A stretch of 10,949 bases of DNA from a virus (Duplodnaviria; Heunggongvirae; Uroviricota; Caudoviricetes), in the IMG/VR virus record IMGVR_UViG_2630968911_000004, positions 1 to 10,949 of that record; one strand, 5' to 3'. The notes below the pieces were generated by a model. It was not told the origin of the DNA. It made no database searches and saw nothing but the letters and a program-made list of their open reading frames with translations. How positions within the stretch are numbered: the first letter of the stretch is position 1; each line of letters begins with the position of its first letter. A program made the position numbers and the translations under genes. Positions 6,587 through 10,949 of this stretch are shown here, piece after piece.

Positions 6587-6603
6587 AGGTCGGTCATGAG
6601 CAC
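6427..6603 (+). CDS. candidate small protein, 58 aa, TTG start (not in the supplied ORF track)
   Basis: AAGGAG SD at 6413-6418, 8 nt spacer, TTG at 6427-6429; product [59 protein letters not shown]; TAA at 6601-6603 overlaps the next gene's ATG region. It may instead be the frameshifted C-terminus of the 6248 gene. Confidence 0.35.
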
Positions 6604-6856
6604 TAAATTAACCGGCTATGTATGGGATGGTTGCGCAGCGTCAGGCATGAAATTATCCAGCGTGGCAATTATGGCCCGCCTGGCTGATTTCAGTAATGAC
6701 GAAGGTGTGTGCTGGCCATCAATTGAAACCATTGCCCGCCAGATTGGCGCGGGGATGAGTACCGTCAGAACGGCTATCGCACGGCTGGAAGCAGAAGGCT
6801 GGTTAACGCGTAAGGCGCGTCGCCAGGGTATCCGGAGTAATCCATGCATCGTATAG
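6596..6856 (+). CDS. winged-helix (HTH_36-like) phage replication-protein N-terminal domain protein, 86 aa; possibly truncated
   Basis: AGAGG SD 6 nt upstream of ATG 6596. Segment [50 protein letters not shown] is the wHTH seen at the N-terminus of phage replication initiators. The ORF ends 13 nt into the tail fiber gene, with no replication or structural genes between. Confidence 0.65.
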   Translation: MSTKLTGYVWDGCAASGMKLSSVAIMARLADFSNDEGVCWPSIETIARQIGAGMSTVRTAIARLEAEGWLTRKARRQGIRSNPCIV

Positions 6857-7776
6857 ACACGAAAACCGCGCAGAAGGATAAGTTCGGCGCGGGTAAGAAC
6901 GGTTTTACCCGTGGTAACCCCCAGACCGGCACACCTGCCACCGATCTGGATGATGACTACTTTGACATGTTGCAGGAAGAACTTTGTAGCGTGGTGGAGG
7001 CCTCCGGTGCCAGCCTGGAGAAGGAGCGGCACGACCAGTTGCTTACCGCGCTTCGTGCGCTGCTGTTAAGCCGCAAGAATCCGTTTGGTGATATCAAATC
7101 GGATGGCACGGTGAAAACGGCTCTCGAAAACCTTGGTTTGGGAGATGGCTCGGGGCGTTACAGCAAAACTGTCGTTTTTTCATCGTCGGGTTCATATACG
7201 TGGCCAGCTGACGTAAAACGAATTGACGTTATTCTGACTGCGGCGGGCGGCGGTGGCGGTGGATGTAACGCGGAGAACGCAAATCAGACATTTTCAGGGG
7301 CTGGCGGAGGAGCCGGAGGTACTGTTTTTGCCACTATTTATGCGACAGACAACGATGCCGGGCCAGGAACCTATACAGTGACAATTGGCAGCGGTGGTAG
7401 TGGTGCCAATGGGTCAGGGTCTGGAAATAATGGCGGTAATAGTTCGTTCATGACATTAACTGCGCTCGGCGGCCAGGGTGGGCAATGGGGCGGCGCTACA
7501 AATACCGCTGGCGGGCGCGGTGGCTCAGGCTCTGGCGGTTATAAAACTGAACAAGGCGGAGACGGTTCAGACGGACAGGCGGGCCAGGCGCTATTAGTAG
7601 GCAATGGGGCATCGAGCTATTGGGGTGGCGGCGGCCGCGCTGGGCAACTGAGCGGTAATCCTGGAGTTTGCTCTGGCTCCGGCGGCGGGGGTGCATACGA
7701 TAATAGCTATTCACACACGTCAGGACGTGGCGGGCACGGAGCTAATGGCGTGCTGGTAATTCGGGAGTACATGTAA
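6844..7776 (+). CDS. phage tail fiber protein, 310 aa, Gly-rich C-terminal repeats
   Basis: GGAG SD 6 nt upstream of ATG 6844; the frame has a stop immediately upstream, so there is no hidden N-terminal extension. Long Gly/Ser/Ala/Asn-rich repeats are typical of side tail fiber distal domains. Followed directly by a tail fiber assembly gene. Confidence 0.85.
   Translation: MHRIDTKTAQKDKFGAGKNGFTRGNPQTGTPATDLDDDYFDMLQEELCSVVEASGASLEKERHDQLLTALRALLLSRKNPFGDIKSDGTVKTALENLGLGDGSGRYSKTVVFSSSGSYTWPADVKRIDVILTAAGGGGGGCNAENANQTFSGAGGGAGGTVFATIYATDNDAGPGTYTVTIGSGGSGANGSGSGNNGGNSSFMTLTALGGQGGQWGGATNTAGGRGGSGSGGYKTEQGGDGSDGQAGQALLVGNGASSYWGGGGRAGQLSGNPGVCSGSGGGGAYDNSYSHTSGRGGHGANGVLVIREYM
7121..7146. 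other. Hin/Gin/Pin-family invertase crossover-like site inside the tail fiber gene
   Basis: CTCTCGAAAACC-TT-GGTTTGGGAGAT with a perfect 12 bp palindromic core AAACC-TT-GGTTT. By my recollection it resembles hixL (TTCTTGAAAACC-AA-GGTTTTTGATAA) and gix, matching about 10 of 12 positions in the left half and 8 of 12 in the right half against hixL. Confidence 0.35.
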
Positions 7777-8181
7777 ATGAATGATATCTATGCAGTTGTT
7801 GATAATAACGTTGTTATTAATGTCATTATCTGGGACGGAATTTCTGAATGGAAACCAGAGGCTGGTAATTTAGTTCCGTTAAACGGCGATGCTGGCATCG
7901 GTTGGTCATATTCAGACGGAGTATTTACCGCGCCACCTCCCCCAGAACGCTCTCACAACGCGTTAGTTGCGGAGGCTGAGCTGCAGAAATCAGCACTACT
8001 GACCGTAGCAAATAACGCAATAGCACCGCTGCAGGATGCCGTTGATTTGGAAATGGTGACAGACGATGAACAGGCGTTACTGCTGGCGTGGAAAAAATAC
8101 AGGGTACTGCTGAACCGTGTTGATACCTCAGCGGCACCCGAAATAGAGTGGCCTACGCAACCGGGGGAGCGGGCCAGTTGA
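7777..8181 (+). CDS. tail fiber assembly protein (Tfa/Caudo_TAP family), 134 aa
   Basis: C-terminal [44 protein letters not shown] closely matches the lambda Tfa C-terminus as recalled. ATG 7777 immediately follows the tail fiber stop. Confidence 0.85.
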   Translation: MNDIYAVVDNNVVINVIIWDGISEWKPEAGNLVPLNGDAGIGWSYSDGVFTAPPPPERSHNALVAEAELQKSALLTVANNAIAPLQDAVDLEMVTDDEQALLLAWKKYRVLLNRVDTSAAPEIEWPTQPGERAS

Positions 8182-8302
8182 TATCAGGCGCAGCGTCAGC
8201 ATCAACTGCTGTCACTGCGTCGATGTAGTCGAGTACCGCATTCAGCCGCGTTTTTTCATCATCAGTCAGTTTGCGGCCTGCACTTCTCCGTTGACATCTT
8301 TG
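8153..8302 (-). pseudogene. remnant of a second, inverted tail fiber assembly gene (tfaS-like), C-terminal about 40 codons only
   Basis: Minus-strand frame encodes ...[38 protein letters not shown], with the Tfa C-terminal signature (APDI-WP). It has no start codon and is bounded upstream by TAA (plus 8303-8305). It converges on and overlaps the intact tfa 3' end by about 29 nt. Confidence 0.5.
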
Positions 8303-8522
8303 TTATATGGTACAACTGCGCAGAGGCCTGTCTCTTCAATTGTGCCAGTTGAATACTACGATACAACGCTCGGCCTTCCTGTTTGGTGGAACATTACCAC
8401 ATCTACGAGGAAAAGAGCTTACGGTACTAATACTTAGACTTTAAATTTATTTTCGTTTATTAATCATTGAAGTAAAACAAATTATTAGGCGAAAATGTAG
8501 CGAATTTATGTACTTATACATG

Positions 8523-8569
8523 TTACCCTGAAGGAAAATTCTTTTAATAAACCTTCTCCTTCAGGGTAA
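8523..8569. repeat. 13 bp perfect inverted repeat (TTACCCTGAAGGA / TCCTTCAGGGTAA) with a 21 nt AT-rich loop, just 3' of gtrC
   Basis: Read directly. It sits 6 nt downstream of the gtrC stop, at the junction between the AT-rich gtr module and the tail fiber module. Could be a bidirectional terminator or a protein-binding site; no clean U-tract. Confidence 0.4.
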
Positions 8570-8574
8570 AATAA

Positions 8575-10032
8575 TTATTTGACGTAAATGTGGTTTCTGT
8601 ATTTGACAAAAATCACATCACACACACTTTCAATATCTTCAGGTTGACCATAAATTTTCTTCACAATATTCAATTGTTCTTTATTCTCAAGAATAAAGAA
8701 ATTATTTCCTTTGTTATACCATTCGCTATTTGTAAGCCAGTTGTCTCTTTTAATTTCATTGTTATTAAAAAGTATATTTGCTATTTTTATGTCTCCATTC
8801 ACACCAACAGAGTTGGTAAATGCAAAAGGGGCATATCCATAATTTACTTTGTGCTCGTTGATTTTTTCTCTAATACATGATATCTGATTGTATCTATTAT
8901 CAGTGGAGCCATTAATATTTATTGTTTTAATTCCTGATATGATGCCCAAAAAAGCTATTAATAAAATAATGCTTTTTTTATTAAATTTAGATCTTGACAA
9001 AAGAATTACTGCCATAATGAAGACGGGAACAAGGTATCTTATTGTCCATATATTTCTTGGGAGGTTACTACCAATATAAGCAGATGTCATGATTAAAATA
9101 GACAATGACAAACATATATCAATAACGCTTCTGTTTTTAAAAAGATTTCTGAAAGTGAAGTAAATTAATGCAACAACACCAGCAAAGCGTATTGCTTTAG
9201 ATAATAGATGCAGTGATGGTGTTATCTGCTCACCAAATATGTCTGCATTAAAAAACAATAAAGTTCCACTTACTGCGGTATTTATATTAACTAAAATATT
9301 GTCATACTCAACAATCTTTACATCTGTTAGTCCTGGCAATGTAAAGCTTCCAAGGTTTAAAAACAAAAAACCGATCGCCTTGGAAATTAAATATGAAGAA
9401 AACAATCCAGCCATTATAATAAGGTATTTCTTTTTTCTTTCCTTGTGCAACAAAAACATTGCTGCTAATGTTAGCGGTGCAACGTATATATAGACTGAGA
9501 TATTATCGCTAAAAATAGCCATAGAGGACAGTATGGTTGAAAAGTATACAAATAATATTTTTTCTGTTTTAATATACTTTTCTGTAAATATTAAGCATCC
9601 AATGATAAATATGTATGTACCCATGTGAATGCACGCTGAAAGCATTGATGTAACAGCCATGTCAGCAGGAAAAACAAAGTAGAATATAATTAGCGCTAAT
9701 GCTAATGATTTATTTGTAGACAGCCTGTATATCAAAAATATCACAGTAGCATACATCGCTGGTGGTATTATATATGCAAGCTCACTGCTGTAGCCAAATA
9801 ATATAGAGGCGATCGCATAAAAAGATACTTCTGTAAAGTAAAAAGGAACCGTGGATAGCATCCATCCATGAAGTAAGTAATTACCTTCTGACATATCCTT
9901 ACCAAGCAAAAGCACTGTTGCCGCATCTGTATTTGGTGGGAATATGTTTAAGCTGGCAAAGTGATATAGCATAAATAATGACGCAAATAATAAAATTACG
10001 AATATAAATTTAATTTGTTTTTTGAAAATCAT
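8575..10032 (-). CDS. GtrC-type serotype-specific O-antigen glucosyltransferase, polytopic membrane protein, 485 aa (YfdI-like position)
   Basis: Very AT-rich, highly hydrophobic with many predicted TM segments. Its ATG (10030-10032) overlaps the gtrB stop (TAATG), so it is translationally coupled downstream of gtrB, the canonical position of gtrC. Confidence 0.8.
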   Translation of the reverse strand: MIFKKQIKFIFVILLFASLFMLYHFASLNIFPPNTDAATVLLLGKDMSEGNYLLHGWMLSTVPFYFTEVSFYAIASILFGYSSELAYIIPPAMYATVIFLIYRLSTNKSLALALIIFYFVFPADMAVTSMLSACIHMGTYIFIIGCLIFTEKYIKTEKILFVYFSTILSSMAIFSDNISVYIYVAPLTLAAMFLLHKERKKKYLIIMAGLFSSYLISKAIGFLFLNLGSFTLPGLTDVKIVEYDNILVNINTAVSGTLLFFNADIFGEQITPSLHLLSKAIRFAGVVALIYFTFRNLFKNRSVIDICLSLSILIMTSAYIGSNLPRNIWTIRYLVPVFIMAVILLSRSKFNKKSIILLIAFLGIISGIKTININGSTDNRYNQISCIREKINEHKVNYGYAPFAFTNSVGVNGDIKIANILFNNNEIKRDNWLTNSEWYNKGNNFFILENKEQLNIVKKIYGQPEDIESVCDVIFVKYRNHIYVK

Positions 10033-10949
10033 TATTTATTATCCTTTAATATATACTTTGGACGCTGCTTAACCTCAACGTAGATACGCCCTATGTACTC
10101 ACCTAGCACTCCAATACCAATTAACTGGATGCCGCCAAGAAATAATATTGATACAAGAATTGAAGGGTATCCAGGTACATTATTACCAAAAATTAATTTA
10201 TCAATTATCATCCATGAACCGTATGTAAATGATATACATGCAATAAATAACCCAATATAGGTCCACATGCGCAGCGGGAATGTTGAGAAGCTAGTGATCC
10301 CTTCCAGCGCCAAGTTCCAGAGCTTCCATCCATTGAACTTTGTGCTTCCTGCAACGCGTTCTGCTCGCGCATATTCTACGACTTCGGTTCGACCACCAAC
10401 CCAGCTCAGCACACCCTTCATAAACAGGTTTCGTTCTGGCATGAGCTTAATGTTTTCCACTACTTCGCGAGACATGAGCCGGAAGTCGCCAACATTCTCT
10501 TCTATCTGAGGGTTGCTGATTTTGTTATGAAGTTTATAGAACCACTCAGCAGATTTACGCTTCAGCCTGCTGTCAGTGGAGCGGTCAGAGCGTTTAGCCA
10601 GAACCATATCTGCACCGGCCTGCCATTTCTCTATCAAGTGAGGAATAACTTCGATAGGGTCTTGCAGATCAACGTCAATCGGGATAATTGCCTCCCCGGT
10701 AGCATGGTCCAGACCTGCGAACAGGGCGGGTTCTTTGCCGAAGTTACGTGTGAACGACAGCGAAACAACAAGCGGGTCGGCAACAGCAAGCTCGTTGATA
10801 ATTGATTCTGTAGCGTCTTTGCTGCCATCGTTTATGAAGACTATCTCGACTTCATGCTGCTGAAGCCCTTCAAATTCGCGCACAGTTTTATAAAAAATAG
10901 GTATCGTGGCCTCTTCGTTAAAGACCGGAACGACTAAAGAAATTTTCAT
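10032..10949 (-). CDS. gtrB: bactoprenol glucosyltransferase GtrB (GT2 family), 305 aa
   Basis: Near-identity over the full length to E. coli YfdH/GtrB as I recall it ([13 protein letters not shown]..., DGSKDATE..., C-terminal TM helices). ATG at 10947-10949, so the gene is complete and starts exactly at the window edge. Confidence 0.9.
   Translation of the reverse strand: MKISLVVPVFNEEATIPIFYKTVREFEGLQQHEVEIVFINDGSKDATESIINELAVADPLVVSLSFTRNFGKEPALFAGLDHATGEAIIPIDVDLQDPIEVIPHLIEKWQAGADMVLAKRSDRSTDSRLKRKSAEWFYKLHNKISNPQIEENVGDFRLMSREVVENIKLMPERNLFMKGVLSWVGGRTEVVEYARAERVAGSTKFNGWKLWNLALEGITSFSTFPLRMWTYIGLFIACISFTYGSWMIIDKLIFGNNVPGYPSILVSILFLGGIQLIGIGVLGEYIGRIYVEVKQRPKYILKDNK

Noticed and set aside
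6331-7032. Minus-strand ORFs 6331..6603 and 6616..7032
   Set aside because: Antisense to the better-supported plus-strand genes (wHTH gene, tail fiber); no RBS, low-complexity translations.
7496-8137. Minus-strand ORFs 7496..7714 and 7925..8137
   Set aside because: Antisense shadows within the Gly-rich tail fiber and tfa genes; Arg-rich composition typical of the reverse strand of GC-rich coding sequence.
8182-8574. A second invertase crossover site or invertase gene expected to the right of the tfa remnant
   Set aside because: No AAACC-NN-GGTTT core and no serine recombinase ORF found by eye. TTCCTGT at about 8380 matches one gix arm but lacks the core. The switch appears vestigial.
8590-10805. 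Plus-strand ORFs within gtrC and gtrB (8590..8880, 8888..9079, 9239..9493, 10267..10509, 10527..10805) and minus-strand 10634..10828
   Set aside because: All lie antisense to, or out of frame within, the well-supported gtrC and gtrB genes; AT-rich sequence readily produces such open frames.
1-10949. CRISPR arrays, rRNA genes and complete IS elements
   Set aside because: No regularly spaced direct repeats, no rRNA-like conserved blocks and no transposase ORFs were seen.

Overview
This window reads as a cryptic, mosaic lambdoid prophage remnant in reverse orientation, most similar in gene order to the argW-associated KplE1/CPS-53 element of E. coli (comparison is from memory, not a search). 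From left to right: (1) the excisionase torI, complete at the window edge; (2) a leftward accessory operon of a small hypothetical, a PAPS-reductase-like PP-loop protein, the HD-domain protein YfdR, YfdQ and YfdP; (3) a GC-rich, highly structured ~400 nt non-coding island; (4) small early-left genes including a stand-alone ClpX-type zinc-binding-domain protein; (5) an immunity module of CI-like repressor, divergent promoter region, Cro-like and phage-186-CII-like regulators; (6) a short winged-helix replication-like gene abutting a Gly-rich tail fiber gene and a tail fiber assembly gene, with an inverted tfa remnant on the opposite strand; (7) an AT-rich gtrC-gtrB O-antigen glucosylation module, with gtrA and the integrase presumably beyond the right edge. 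No capsid, terminase, portal or lysis genes, no CRISPR array, no complete tRNA and no transposase were seen. I did not find a clear-cut novel multi-gene system; the best candidates for something undescribed are the structured GC-rich island, the ClpX zinc-ribbon mimic and the PAPS-reductase/HD pair. All family assignments rest on motif recognition and recalled sequences and need database confirmation.
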